Source of the DNA: the human T2T-CHM13v2.0 reference genome, Homo sapiens
DNA: 64,000 bases
Reading direction: 5' to 3' (one strand)
Assembly: GCF_009914755.1 (NCBI RefSeq)
Contig: NC_060933.1
Shown here: positions 1-15,099 of the stretch, piece by piece
How the letters are laid out: each line of letters begins with the position of its first letter
Numbering within the stretch: position 1 is the stretch's first letter
The notes under the pieces: generated by a model
Told to the model about the DNA's origin: nothing
Seen by the model: only the letters and a program-made list of their open reading frames with translations
The model's database searches: none
Program-made: the position numbers and the translations under genes

Positions 1-180
1 CATTCTATTGCACTCGGGTTGATTCAATTCCATTGCATTCCATTCCATTCCATTCCATTCCATTCCATTCCATTCCGTTCCGTTCCATTCCATTCCATTC
101 CATTCTATTCGGGTTAATTCCATTCCATTCCATTCCATTCCATTCCAATCGAGTTGATTCCATTCCATTCCATTCCATTC

Positions 181-745
181 CATTCCACTCCATTCCAGTC
201 CTTTCCATTCCATTCCACTCGGGTTGATTCCAATGCATTCCTTTCCATTCCATTCCATTACATTGCAATCGAGTTGATTCCATTGCTTTGCATTCCATTC
301 CATTCCATTCCATTCCGGATGATTCCATTCCATTGCATTCCATTCCATTCCATTCCATTCCATTCCATTCCGTTCCATTCCATTCCATTACATTCGGATT
401 GATACTATTCAATTCCCTTACACTCCATTACATTCCATTCCATTCGGGTAGTTTCCATTACATTCCATTCCATTCCACTCCATTCCAGTCCTTTCCATTC
501 CATTCCACTCGGGTTGATTCCAATGCATTCCTTTCCATTCCATTCCATTACATTGCAATCGAGTTGATTCCATTGCTTTGCATTCCATTCCATTTCATTC
601 CATTCCGGATGATTCCATTCCATTGCATTCCATTCCATTCCATTCCATTCCATTCCATTCCGTTCCATTCCATTCCATTACATTCGGATTGATACTATTC
701 AATTCCCTTACACTCCATTACATTCCATTCCATTCGGGTAGTTTC
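181..745 (+). repeat. 290 bp tandem duplication
   Basis: 181-~455 is repeated at 471-~745, with the private variants CAATGCATTC and GATACTATTC in both copies. Confidence 0.9.
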
Positions 746-3700
746 CATTCCATTCCATTCCATTCCTCTCCATTCCATTGCACTCGGGTTGATTCCATTC
801 CATTGCATTCCATTCCATTCCATTCAATTCCATTCCGTTCCATTCCATTGCATTACATTTGGATTGATTCTATTCAACTCCCTTACTCTCCATTACATTC
901 CATTCCATTCGGGTTGTTCCATTCCATTCAATTCCATTCCACTCCATTCCATTGCACTCGGGTTTATTCCATTCCATTCCATTCCATTCCATTACATTCC
1001 GGAAGATTCCATTCCATTGCATTCCATTCCATTCCATTCCCCTGCACTCGCGTTGATTCCATTCCATTCCATTCCATTCCATTCCTTTCCGTTCCATTCC
1101 ATTCCATTCCATTCCATTCCAATCCATTCCATTCCGTTCCGTTCCGTTCCATTCCATTCCATTCCATTCTATTCGGGTTAATTCCATTCCATTCCATTCG
1201 ATTGCAATCGAGTTGATTCCATTCCATTCTATTCCATTCCATTCCATTCCATTCCATTCCATTCCTTTCCATTCCAATCCATTACGGATGTTTCCATTCC
1301 ATTGCATTCCATTCAATTCCATTCCCCTGTACTCGGGTTGATTCCATTGCATTCCATTCCAATCCATGCCATTCCACTCGTGTTGATTCCATTCTTTCCA
1401 TTCCATTCAAGTTGAATCCATTCCATTGCATTCCATTCCATTCCATTCCCCTGCAGTCGGGATGATTCCATTCCATTCCATTCCATTCCATTCCATTCCA
1501 TTCCATTCCGTTCCATTCCATTCCATTCCATTCCATTCTATTCGGGTTAATTCCATTCCATTCCATTCCATTCCATTCCAATCGAGTTGATTCCATTCCA
1601 TTCCATTCCATTCCATTCCACTCCATTCCAGTCCTTTCCCTTCCATTCCACTCGGGTTGATTCCAATGTATTCCTTTCCATTCCATTCCATTCCATTGCA
1701 ATCGAGTTGATTCCATTGCTTTGCATTCCATTCCATTCCATTCCATTCCGGATGATTCCATTCCATTGCATTCCATTCCATTCCATTCCCCTGCACTCGG
1801 GTTGATTCCATTCCATTCCACTCCATTCCGTTCCATTCCATTCCATTCCATTGTATTCGGGTTAATTCCATTCCATTCCATTCCATTCCATTCCATTCCA
1901 TTCCATTCCATTACAATCGAGTTGATTCCATTCCATTCCATTCCATTCCAGTCCTTTCCATTCAATTCCACTCGGGTTGATTCCATTCTATTAGTTTCCA
2001 TTCCATTCCATTCCCTTCCATTCCACTCTGGTTGATACCATTCCTTTCCATTCCACTCGAATACATTCCCTCCTATTCCACTCGGAACGATTCCATTCCA
2101 TTCCATTCCATTCCATTCCATTCCATTCCATTCCATTCCATTCCATTTCGTTCCATTCCATTCTATTCCGTATCATTCCATTCCATTCCATTCCATTCCA
2201 TTCCATTCCATTCCATTCCATTGTACTCAGGTTGATTCAATTCCATTGCATTCCATTCCATTCCATTCAATTCCATTCCATTCCGTTGCATTCCATTCCA
2301 TTACATTCGGATTGATTCTATTCAACTCCCTTACTCTCCATTACATTCCATTCCATTCGGGTTGTTCCATTCCATTCCATTCCATTCCACTCCATTCCAT
2401 TGCACTCGGGTTGATTCCATTCCATTCCATTCCATTCCATTCCATTCCGGATAATTCCATTCCATTGCATTCCGTTCCATTACATTCCCCTGCACTCGCG
2501 TTGATTCCATTCCATTCCATTCCATTCCATTCCATTCAATTCCATTCCATTACAATTCGTTCCATTCCATTCTATTCCGTACCATTCCATTCCATTGCAT
2601 ACGATTCCATTCCATTCCATTCCATTCCATTCCATTCCATTCCATTCCGTTCCGTTCCATTCCGTTCCATTCCATTCCATTCCATTCTATTCGGATTAAT
2701 TCCATTCCATTCCATTCCATTCCTTTCTATTCCATTCCATTGCAATCGAGTTGAATCCATTGCATTTCATTCCATTCCATTCCATTCCATTCCATTCCGG
2801 AAGATTCCATTCCATTGCATTCCATTCCATTCCATTCCCCTGCACTCGCGTTGATTCCATTCCATTCTATTCCATTCCATTCCATTTCATTCCGTTCCGT
2901 TCCATTCCATTCCATTCCATTCCATTCCATTACGTTCCGTTCCATTCCATTCCATTCCAGTCTATTCGGGTTAATTCCATTCCATTCCATTCGATTGCAA
3001 TCGAGTTGATTCCATTCCATTCCATTCCATTCCATTCCATTCCTTTCCATTCCATTGCGGATGATTCCATTCCATTGCATTCCATTCCATTCCATTCCCC
3101 TGTACTTGGGTTGATTCCATTCCATTCCATTCCAATCCATGCCATTCCAGTCGTGTTGATTCCATTCTTTCCATTCCATTCAAGTTGAATCCATTCCATT
3201 GCATTCCATTCCATTCGATTCCATTCGATTGCACTCGGGTTGATTCCATTCCATTGCATTCCATTCCATTCCATTCCATTCCATTCCATTCCATTCCGTT
3301 CCATTGCATTCCGTTACATTCGGATTGTTTCTATTCAATTCCCTTACACTCCATTACATTCCATTCCATTCGGGTAGTTTCCATTCCATTCCATTCCATT
3401 CCTCTCCATTCCATTGCACTCGGGTTGATTCCATTCCATTGCATTCCATTCCATTCCATTCAAATCCATTCCGTTCCATTCCATTCCATTGCATTCGGAT
3501 TGATTCTATTCAACTCCCTTACTCTCCATTCCATTCCATTCCATTCGGTTTGTTCCCTTCCATTCCATTCCAATCCACTCCATTCCATTGCACTCGGGTT
3601 GATTCCATTCCATTCCATTCCATTCCATTCCATTCCATTCCGGAAGATTCCATTCCATTGCATTCCATTCCATTCCATTCCCCTGCACTCGCGTTGATTC

Positions 3701-6109
3701 CATTCCATTCCATTCCATTCCATTCCATTCCATTCCATTCCATTCCTTTCCATTCCAGTCCTTTCCATTCCATTCCACTCGGGTTGATTCCATTCTATTA
3801 GTTTCCATTCCATTCCATTCCTTTCCATTCTACTCGGGTTGATTCCATTCCATTCCATTCCACTCCATTCGGTTCCGTTGCATTCCATTCTATTGCATTC
3901 CATTCTATTCGGGTTCATTCCATTCCTTTCTATTCCATTCCATTCCATTCCATTCCATTGCAATGGAGTTGATTCCATTCCATTCCTTTCCATTCCGGAT
4001 GATTCCATTACATTGCATTCCATTCCATTCCATTCCCCTGCACTCGTGTTGATTCCATTCTCTTCCATTCCATTCCATTCCGTTCCATTCCATTCCATTC
4101 CATTATATTCCGGTTAATTCCATTCCATTCCATTCCATTCCATTCCATTGCAATCGAGTTGATTCCATTCCATTCCTTTCCATTCCATTCCATTGCCTTG
4201 CATTCCACTCGGGTTGATTCCATTCCCTTCTTTCCACTCCATTACATTCCCTTCCATTCCACTCGGAATGATTGATTCCATTCCATTCCATTCCATTTCA
4301 TTCCATTGCAATCCATTCCAATCCATTCCATTCCATTCCATTCCACTCGAGTTGACTTCATTCCATTCCTTTCCATTCCATTCCATTCCTTTCCACTCGA
4401 GTTGATTCCATTCCATTCCAATCCATTGCATTCCATTCCATGCCATTCCACTCGGTTTGATTCCATTCCTTTGCATTCCATTCCATTGCATTCCATTCCA
4501 TTCCATTCCGTTGCATTCCATTCCATTACATTCGGATTGATTCTATTCAACTCCCTTACTCTCCATTACATTCCATTCCATTCGTGTTGTTCCATTCCAT
4601 TCCATTCCATACCACTCCATTCCATTCCATTCCATTCCACTCGTGTTGATTCCATTCCTTTCCATTCCATTCTGTTTGAAGTCATTCCATTCCATTCAAT
4701 TCCTTTCCATTCCATTCCATTCCATTCCATTCCTCTCCATTCCATTGCACATGGCTTGATTCCATTCCATTCATTTCCATTCCATTCCATTCCATTCCAT
4801 TCCATTCCATTCCATTCCATTCCATTGTACTCGGGTTGATTCCATTCCATTCCATTGCATTCCATTCCATTCCATTCCATTCCATTCCATTCCATTCCGT
4901 TCCATTCCATTCCATTATATTCGGATTGATTCTATTCAACTCCCTTACTCTCCATTACATTCCATTCCATTCGGGTTGTTCCACTCCATTCCATTCCATT
5001 CCATTCCATTCCATTCCATTCCATTCCATTCCGGATGATTCCATTCCATTGCATTCCGTTCCATTACATTCCCCTGCACTCCGGTTGATTCCATTCCATT
5101 CCATTAGATTCCATTCCATTCCCCTGCACTCGCGTTGATTCCATTCCATTCCATTCCATTCCATTCCATTCCATTCCATTCCTTTCCGTTCCATTCCATT
5201 CCATTCCATTCCATTCTATTCCGTTCCGTTCCATTCCGTTCCATTCCATTCTATTCGGGTTAATTCCCTTCCATTCCATTCGATTGCAATCGAGTTGATT
5301 CCATTCCATTCCATTCCATTCCATTCCATTCCATTCCATTCCATTCCATTGTACTCGGGTTGTTTCTATTCCATTGCATTCCATTCCATTCAATTCCATT
5401 CCATTCCATTCCATTCCATTCCACTCTGGTTGATTCCATTCCTTTCCATTCCACTCGAATGCATTCCCTCCTATTCCACTCGGAACGATTCCATTCCATT
5501 CCATTCCATTCCATTCCATTCCATTCCATTCCATTCCATTTCTTTCCATTCCATTCTATTCCATACCATTCCATTCCATTCCATTCCATTCCATTCCATT
5601 CCATTCCATTCCATTCCATTTCGGATGATTCCATTCCAATGCATTCCATTCCATTCCATTCCTCTGCACTCGGGTTGATTCCATTCCATTCCCTTCCATT
5701 CCATTCCGTTCCATTCCATTCCATTCCATTCGGATTGATTCTATTCAATTCCCTTACACTCCATAACATTCCATTACATTCGGGTAGTTTCCATTCCATT
5801 CCATTCCATTCCTCTCCATTCCATCGCACTCGGGTTGATTCCATTCCATTCCATTCCATTCCATTCCATTCCATTCCATTCCATTCCATTGTACTCGGGT
5901 TGATTCCATTCCATTGCATTCCATTCCATTCCATTCCATTCCGTTCCATTCCTTTCCATTACATTCGGATTGATTCTATTCAACTCCCTTACTGTCCATT
6001 ACATTCCATTCCATTCGGGTTGTTCCATTCCATTCCATTCCATTCCACTCCATTCCATTGCACTCGGGTTGATTCCATTCCATTCCATTCCATTCCATTC
6101 CATTCCATT

Positions 6110-7080
6110 CCATTCCGGATGATTCCATTCCATTGCATTCCGTTCCATTACATTCCCCTGTACTCAGGTTGATTCCATTTCATTCCATTCCATTCCATTC
6201 GATTCCATTCCTTTCTAATTATTTCCATTGCATTCTATTCCGTACCATTGCATTCCATTCCATACAATTCCATTCCATTCCATTCCATTCCATTCCATTC
6301 CATTCCATTCCATTCCGTTCCGTTCCGTTCCATTCCATTCCATTCCATTCTATTCGGGTTAATTCCATTCCATTCCATTCCATTCCATTCCATTCTATTG
6401 AATTCCATTGCAATCGATTTGAATCCATTGCATTCCATTCCATTCCATTCCATTCCTCTGGAAGATTCCATTCCATTGCATTCCATTCCATTCCATTACC
6501 CTGCACTCGCGTTGATTCCATTCCATTCCATTCCATTCCATTCCATTTCATTCCAATCCATTCCGTTCCGATCCGTTCCGTTCCATTCCATTCCATTCCA
6601 TTCCATTCCGAATGATTCCATTCCATTGCATTCCGTTCCATTACATTCCCCTGTACTCAGGTTGATTCCATTCCATTCCATTCCATTCCATTCCATTCCA
6701 TTCCATTCCATTCTAATTCTTTCCATTCCATTCTATTCCGTACCATTCCATTCCATTCCATACAATTCCATTCCATTCCATTCCATTCCATTGCATTCCA
6801 TTCCATTCCGTTCCATTCCATTCCATTCCATTCCATTATTCGGGTTAATTCCATTCCATTCCATTCCATTCCATTCCATTCTATTCCATTCCATTGCAAT
6901 CGAGTTGAATCCATTGCATTCCATTCCATTCCATTCCATTCCATTCCGGAAGATTCCATTCCATTGCATTCCATTCCATTCCATTACCCTGCACTCGCGT
7001 TGATTCCATTCCATTCCATTCCATTCCATTCCATTCCGTTCCGTTCCGTTCTGATCCGTTCCGTTCCATTCCATTCCATT
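6110..7080 (+). repeat. ~490 bp diverged tandem duplication
   Basis: TACTCAGG occurs at 6161/6654, ATTACCCTGCAC at 6495/6983, and GATCCGTTCCG in both copies. Confidence 0.75.
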
Positions 7081-10029
7081 GCATTCCATTCCATTCCCTT
7101 CCTTTCCGTTCCATTCCATTCCATTCCATTCCATTCCATTCCTTTCCGTTCCATTCCATTCCATTCCATTCTATTCGGGTTAATTCCATTCCATTCCATT
7201 CGATTGCAATCGAGTTGATTCCATTCCATTCCATTCCATTCCATTCCATTCCATTACTTTCCATTCCATTACGGATGATTCCATTCCATTCCATTCCATT
7301 CCATTCCGTTCCATTCCATTCCATTCCATTCCGGAAGATTCCATTCCATTGCATTCCATTCCATTCCATTCCCCTGCACTCGCGTTAATTCCATTCCATT
7401 CCATTCCATTCCATTCCATTCCGTTCCGTTCCATTCCATTCCATTCCATTCCATTCCATTCCGTTCCATTCCATTCCATTCCATTCTATTCGTGTTAATT
7501 CCATTCCATTCCATTCCATTCCATTCCATTTCATTCCATTCCAATTGAGTTGATTCCATTCCATTCCATTCCATTTCATTCCACTCCATTCCAGTCCTTT
7601 CCATTCCATTCCACTCGGGTTGATGCCATTCTATTCCTTTCCATTCCATTCCGGATGATTCCTTTCCATTGCATTCCATTCCTTTCCATTCCCCTGCTCT
7701 CGGGTTGATTCCATTCCGTTCCACTCCATTCCATTCCATTCCATTCCATTCCATTCCATTGTATTCGGGTTAATTCCATTCCATTCCATTCCATTCCATA
7801 ACATTCCATTCCATTACAATCGAGTTGATTCCATTCCATTCCATTCCATTCCATTCCATTCCATTCAGTCCTTTCCATTCCATTCCACTCGGGTTGATTG
7901 CATTCTATTAGTTTCCATTCCATTCCATTCCCTTCCATTCCACGCTGGTTGATTCCATTCCATTCCATTCCACTCGAATACATTCCCTCCTATTCCACTC
8001 GGAACGATTCCATTCCTTTCCATTCCATTCCATTCCATTCCATTCCATTCCATTGCATTTCGTTCCATTCCATTCTATTCCGTCCGATTCCATTCCATTC
8101 CATTCCATTCCATTCCATTCCACTCGTGTTGATTCCATTCCTTTCCATTCCATTCGGTTTGAAGTCATTCCATTCCATTCAATTCCTTTCCATTCCATTC
8201 CATTCCATTCCATTCCATTCCATTCAGTCCTTTCCATTCCATTCCACTCGGGTTGATTCCACTCTATTAGTTTCCATTCCATTCCATTCCCTTCCATTCC
8301 ACTCTGGTTGATTCCATTCCTTTCCATTCCACTCGAATACATTCCCTCCTATTCCACTCGGAACGATTCCATTCCATTCCATTCCATTCCATTCCATTCC
8401 ATTCCATTCCATTCCATTCCATTTCGTTCCATTCCATTCTATTCCGTCCCATTCCATTCCATTCCATTCCATTCGGTTTGAAGTCATTCCATTCCATTCA
8501 GTTCCTTTCCATTCCATTCCATTCCATTCCTTTCCATTCCATTGCATTCCATTCCATTCCATTCCATTCCATTGCATTCCATTCCATTCCATTCCATTCC
8601 ATTGCATTCCATTCCATTCCATTCCATTCCGTTCCATTCCATTCCATTACATTCGGATTGATTCTATTCAACTCCCTTACTCTCCAATACATTCCATTCC
8701 ATTCGGGTTGTTCCATTCCATTCCATTCCATTCCACTCCATTCCATTGCACTCGGGTTGATTCCATTCGATTCCATTCCATTCCATTCCATTCCATTTCG
8801 GATGATTCCATTCCATTGCATTCCATTCCATTTCATTCCCCTGCACTCGGGTTGATTCTATTCCATTGCATTCCATTCCATTCGATTCCATTCCATTCGA
8901 ATTCTTTCCATTCCATTCTATTCCGTACCATTCCATTCCATTCCATTCTATACCATTCCATTCCATTCCATTCCATTCCATTCCATTCCATTCCATTCCA
9001 TTCCATTCCATTGCTTTCCATTCCATTCCATTCCATACTATTTGGGTTAATTCCATTCCATTCCATTCCATTCTATTCCACTCCGTTGCAATCGAGTTGA
9101 ATCCATTGCATTGCATTCCATTCCTTTCCATTCCATTCCATTCCATTCCTTTCCATTGTACTCGTGTTGATTCCATTCCATTGCATTCCATTCCATTCCA
9201 TTCCTTTCCATTCCATTCCATTGCGGATGATTCCTTTCCATTGCATTCCATTCCATTCCCCTGCACTCGGGTTGATTACATTCCATTCCATTCCCTTCCA
9301 TTCCATTCCATTCCATTCCATTCCATTTTATTCGGGTTATTTCCATTCCATTCCATTCCATTCCATTCCATTCCATTGCAATCGAGTTGATTCCATTCCA
9401 TTCCATTCCATTCCGTTCCGGATGATTCCATTCCATTGCATTCCATTCTATTCCATTCCCCTGCAGTCGGGTTGATTGCATACCATTCCATTCCATTCCG
9501 TTCCATTCCATTCCATTACATTCGGATTGATTCTATTCAATTTCCTTACACTCCATTACACTCCATTCGATTCGGGTAGTTTCCATTGCATTCCATTACA
9601 TTCCTCTCCATTCCATTGCACTCGGGTGGATTCCATTCCATTCCATTCCATTCCATTCCATTCCGGATGATTCCATTCCATTGAATTCCATTCCATTCCA
9701 TTTCCCTGCACTTGGGTTGATTAAATTCCATTCCTTTCCATTCCTTTCTGTTCCATTCCATTCCATTCCATTCCTTTGTATTCGTGTTAATTCCATTCCT
9801 TTCTATTCCATTCCATTCCATTGAAATCGAGTTGATTCCATTCCATTCCATTCCATTCCATTCCATTCCATTCCATTCCATTCCATTCCATTCCATTTCG
9901 GATGATTCCATTCCATTGCATTCCATTCCATTCCATTCCCCAGCACTCGGGTTGATTCCATTCCATTCCATTCCATTAAATTCCGTTCCATTCCATTCCA
10001 TTCCATTCTATTCGGGTTAATTCCATTCC

Positions 10030-11330
10030 ATTCAATTCCACTCCATTCCAGTCCTTTCCATTTCATTCCACTCGTGTTGATTCCATTCTATTCCTTTCCA
10101 TTCCATTCCATTCCATTGCAATCGAGTTGATTCCATTCGAGTTGAATCCATTCCATTCCATTCCATTCCATTCCATAGCACACGGGTTCATTCCATTCCA
10201 TTCCATTCCATTTCATTCCATTCCATTCCATTCCATTTCATTCCATTCCATTCTATTCCGTACCATTCCATTCCATCCCATTCCATTCCATTCCATTCCA
10301 TGCCATTACACTCGGTTTGATTCCATTCCTTTCTATTCCATTCTTCTTGAATCCATTCCATTGCATTCCATTCCATTCGAATCAATTCCATTGCACTCGG
10401 GTTGATTCCATTCCATTCCATTCCATTCCATTTCATTCCATTCCATTCCATTACATTCGCATTGATTCTATTCAATTCCCTTACCCTCCATTATATTCCA
10501 TTCCATTCGGGATGTTTCCATTCCATTCCATTCCATTCCATTCCATTCCATTGCATCGGGTTGATTCCATTCCATTCCATTCCATTCTGTTCCGGATGAT
10601 TCCATTCCATTGCATTCCATTCCATTCCATTCCCCAGCAGTCGGGTTGATTCCATTCCATTCCATTCCATTCCATTCCATTCCGTTCCATTACATTCCAT
10701 TCCATTCTACTCGGGTTAATTCCATTCCATTCCATTCCATTCCATTCCAATCGAGTTGATTCCATTCCATTCCATTTCATTCCACTCCATTCCAGTCCTT
10801 TCCATTCCATTCCACTCGGGTTGATTCCATTCTATTCCTTTCCATTCCATTCCATTCCATTGCAATCGAGTTGATTCCATTCGAGTTGAATCCATTCCAT
10901 TACATTCCATTCCATTCCATTCCATTGCACACGGGTTCATTCCATTCCATTCCATTCTATTTCATTCCATTCCATTCCATTCCATTTCATTCCATTCCAT
11001 TCTATTCCGTACCATTCCATTCCATCCCATTCCTTTCCATTCCATTCCATACCATTACACTCGTGTTGATTCCATTCCTTTCCATTCCATTCTTCTTGAA
11101 TCCATTCCATTCCATTCCATTCGAATCCATTCCATTGCAATCGGGTTGATTCCATTCCATTCCATTCCATTCCATTTCATTCCATTCCATTCCATTACAT
11201 TCGGATTGATTCTATTCAATTCCCTTACAGTCCATTTCATTCCATTCCATTCGGGATGTTTCCATTCCATTCCATTCCATTCCACTCCATTCCATTGCAA
11301 CGGGTTGATTGCATTCCATTCCATTCAATT
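10030..11330 (+). repeat. ~745 bp tandem duplication
   Basis: ATCGAGTTGATTCCATTCGAGTTGAATCC occurs at 10121/10865 and CACGGGTTCA at 10181/10930. TTCTTCTTGAATCC and CGGGATGTTTCC occur in both copies. Confidence 0.82.
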
Positions 11331-14300
11331 CCATTCCGGATGATTCCATTCCATTGCATTCCATTCCATTCCATTCCCCTGCACTCGGGTTGATTACATT
11401 CCATTCCATTCCCTTCTATGCCTTTCCATTCCATTCCATTCCATTCTATTCGGGTTATTTCCATTCCATTCCATTCCATTCCATTGCAATCGAGTTGATT
11501 CCATTCCATTCCATTCCATTCCGTTCCGGATGATTCCATTCCATTGCATTCCATTCCATTCCATTCCCCTGCAGTCGGCTTGATTCCATTCCATTCCATT
11601 CCATTCCATTCCATTCCATTCCGTTCCAATCCATTCCATTCCATTCTATTCGGGTTAATTCCATTCCATTCCATTCCATTCCAATCGAGTTGATTCCATT
11701 CCTTTCCATTCCATTCCAATCCACTCCATTCCAGTCCTTTCCATTCCATTCCAATCCACTCCATTCCAGTCCTTTCCATTCCATTCTACTCGGGTTGATT
11801 CCATTCTATTCCTTTCCATTCCATTCCATTCCATTGCAATCGAGTTGATTCCATTGCTTTGCATTCCATTCCATTCCATTCCATTCCGGATGATTCCATT
11901 CCATTGCATTCCATTCCATTCCATTCCCCTGCACTCGGGTTGATTCCATTCCATTCCATTCCATTCCGTTCCATTCCATTCCATTCCATTGTATTCGGGT
12001 TAATTCCATTCCATTCCATTCCATTCCATTCCATTCCATTCCATTCCATTCCATTACAATCGAATTGATTCCATTCGATTCCATTCCATTCCATTCCAGT
12101 CCTTTTCATTCCATTCCACTCGGGTTGATTCCATTCTATTACTTTCCATACCATTCCATTCCCTTCCATTCCACTCTGGTTGATTCCATTCCTTTCCATT
12201 CCACTCGAATACATTCCCTCCTATTCCACTCGGAACGATTCCATTCCATTCCATTCCATTCCATTCCATTCCATTCCATTCCATTGCATTTCGTTCCATT
12301 CCATTCTATTCCGTACCATTCCATTCCCTTCCATTCCATTCCATTCCATTCCACTCGTGTTGATTCCATTCCTTTCCATTCCATTCTGTTTGAAATCATT
12401 CCATTCCATTCAATTCCTTTCCATTCCATTCCATTCCATTCCATTCCATTCCATTCCATTCCATTCCTCTCCATTGCATTGCACTCGGGTTGATTCCATT
12501 CCATTCATTTCCATTCCATTCCATTCCTTTCCATTCCATTCTACTCGGGTTGATTCCATTCCATTGCATTCCATTCCATTACGTTACATTCCATTCCATT
12601 CCGTTCCATTCCATTCCATTATATTCGGATTGATTCTATTCAACCCCCTTACTCTCCATTACATTCTATTCCATTCGGGTTGTTCCATTCCATTCCATTC
12701 AATTCCTTTCCATTCCATTCTATTCCATTCCATTCCGGATGATTCCATTCCATTGCATTCCGTTCCATTACATTCCCCTGCACTCGGGTTGATTCCATTC
12801 CATTTCATTCCATTCCATTTGATTCCATTCCATTGCCCTGCACTTGCGTTGATTCCATTCCATTCCATTCCATTCCATTCCATTCCTTTCCATTCCATTC
12901 CTTTCCGTTCCATTCAATTCCATTCCATTCCATTCCTTTCCGTTCCATTTCGTTCCATTCCATTCTATTCGGGTTAATTCCATTCCATTCCATTCGATTG
13001 CAATCGAGTTGATTCCATTCCATTCCATTCCATTCCATTCCATTACATTCCATTCCTTTCCATTCCTTTACGGATGATTCCATTCTATTGCATTCCTTTC
13101 CATTCCATTCCCCTGTACTCGGGTTGATTCCATTCCATTCCATTCCAATCCGTGCCATTCCACTCGTGTTAATTCCATTCTTTCCATTCCATTCAAGTTG
13201 AATCCATTCCATTGCATTCCATTCCATTCGATTCCATTCGATTTCACTCGGGTTGATTCCATTGCATTGCATTCCATTCCATTGCATTCCATTCCATTCC
13301 GTTCCATTCCATTTCATTACATTCAGATTGATTCTTTTCAATTCCCTTAAACTCCATTATATTCCAATCCATTCTGGTTGTTTCCATTCCACTCCATTCC
13401 AGTCCTTTCCTTTCCATTCCACTCGGGTTGATTCCATTCTATACCTTTCCATTCCATTCCATTCCATTGCAGTCGAGTTGATTCCATTGCTTTGCATTCC
13501 ATTCCATTCCATTCCATTCCGGATGATTCCATTCCATTGCATTCCATTCCATTCCATTCCCCTGCACTCGGGTTGATTCCATTCCATTCCACTCCATTCC
13601 GTTCCATTCCATTCCATTCCATTGTATTCGGGTTAATTCCATTCCATTCCATTCCATTCCATTCCATTCCATTACAATCGAGTTGATTCCATTCCATTCC
13701 ATTCCATTCCATTCCATTCCATTCCATTCCAGTCCTTTCCATTCCATTCCACTCGGGTTGATTCCATTCTATTAGTTCCATTGCATTCCGTTCCCTTCCA
13801 TTCCACTCTGGTTGATTCCATTCCTTTCCATTCCACTCGAATACATTCCCTCCTATTCCACTCGGAACGATTCCATTCCATTCCATTCCATTCCATTCCA
13901 TTCCATTCCATTCCTTTCCATTCCATTCCATTTCGTTCCATTCCATTCTATTCCGTACCATTCCATTCCATTCCATTCCATTCCATTCCATTCCATTCCA
14001 CTTGTGTTGATTCCATTCCTTTCCATTCCATTCGGTTTGAAGTCATTCCATTCCATTCAATTCCTTTCCATTCCATTCTATTCCATTCCATTCCATTCCA
14101 TTGTACTCGGGTTGATTCCATTCCATTGCATTCCATTCCATTCCATTACATTACATTCGGATTGATTCTATTCAACTCCCTTACTCTCCATTCCATTCCA
14201 TTCCATTCGGGTTGTTCCATTCCATTCCATTCCATTCCATTCCATTCCGGATGATTCCATTCCATTGCATTCCATTCCATTCGATTCCATTCCATTCCAA

Positions 14301-15099
14301 TTCGTTCCATTCCATTCTATTCCGTACCATTCCATTCCATTCCATTCCATAACATTGCATTCCATTCCATTCCATTCCATTCCATTCCATTCCATTCCAT
14401 TCCCTTCCATTCCTTTCCATTCCATTCCATTCCATTCCATTCGGGTTAATTCCATTCCATTCCATTCCATTCCATTCTATTCCATTCCATTGCAATCGAG
14501 TTGAATCCATTGCATTCCATTCCATTCCTTTCCATTCCATGCCATTCCTTTCCAGAAGATTCCATTCCATTGCATTGCATTCCATTCCATTTTCTTGCAC
14601 TCGCGTTGATTCCATTCCATTCCATTCCATTCCATTCCATTCCATTCCGTCCCGTTCCGTTCCATTCCATTCCATTCCTTTCCATTCCATTCCATTCCAT
14701 TCCGTTCCGTTCCATTCCATTCCATTCCGTTCTATTCGGGTTAATTCCATTCCATTCCATTCGATTGCAATCGAGTTGATTCCATTCCATTGATTTCCAT
14801 TCCATTCCATTCCATTCCATTCCATTCCTTTCCATTCCATTACAGATGATTCCATTCCATTGCATTCCATTCCATTCCATTCCCCTGTACTCGTGTTGAT
14901 TCCATTACATTCCATTCCAATCCATGCCATTCCACTCGTGTTGATTCCATTCTTTCCTTTCCATTCAAGTTGAATCCATTCCATTGCATTCCATTCCATT
15001 CGATTCCATTTGATTGCAGTCGGGTTGATTCCATTCCATTGCATTCCATTCCATTCCATTTCATTCCATTCCGTTCCATTCCATTCCGTTCCATTCCAT

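Noticed and set aside
101-120. DUX4-type site in CTATTCGGGTTAATTCC or TTGATTCTATTCA
   Set aside because: Neither matches TGATTRRRTTA exactly, and the resemblance is too weak to call.
2055-2095. Complex-looking island CTCGAATACATTCCCTCCTATTCCACTCGGAACG as a possible insertion or mobile element remnant
   Set aside because: It stays in 5 bp register, is alignable to diverged pentamers, and recurs in about a dozen places. It has no target-site duplication, terminal repeats or poly(A).
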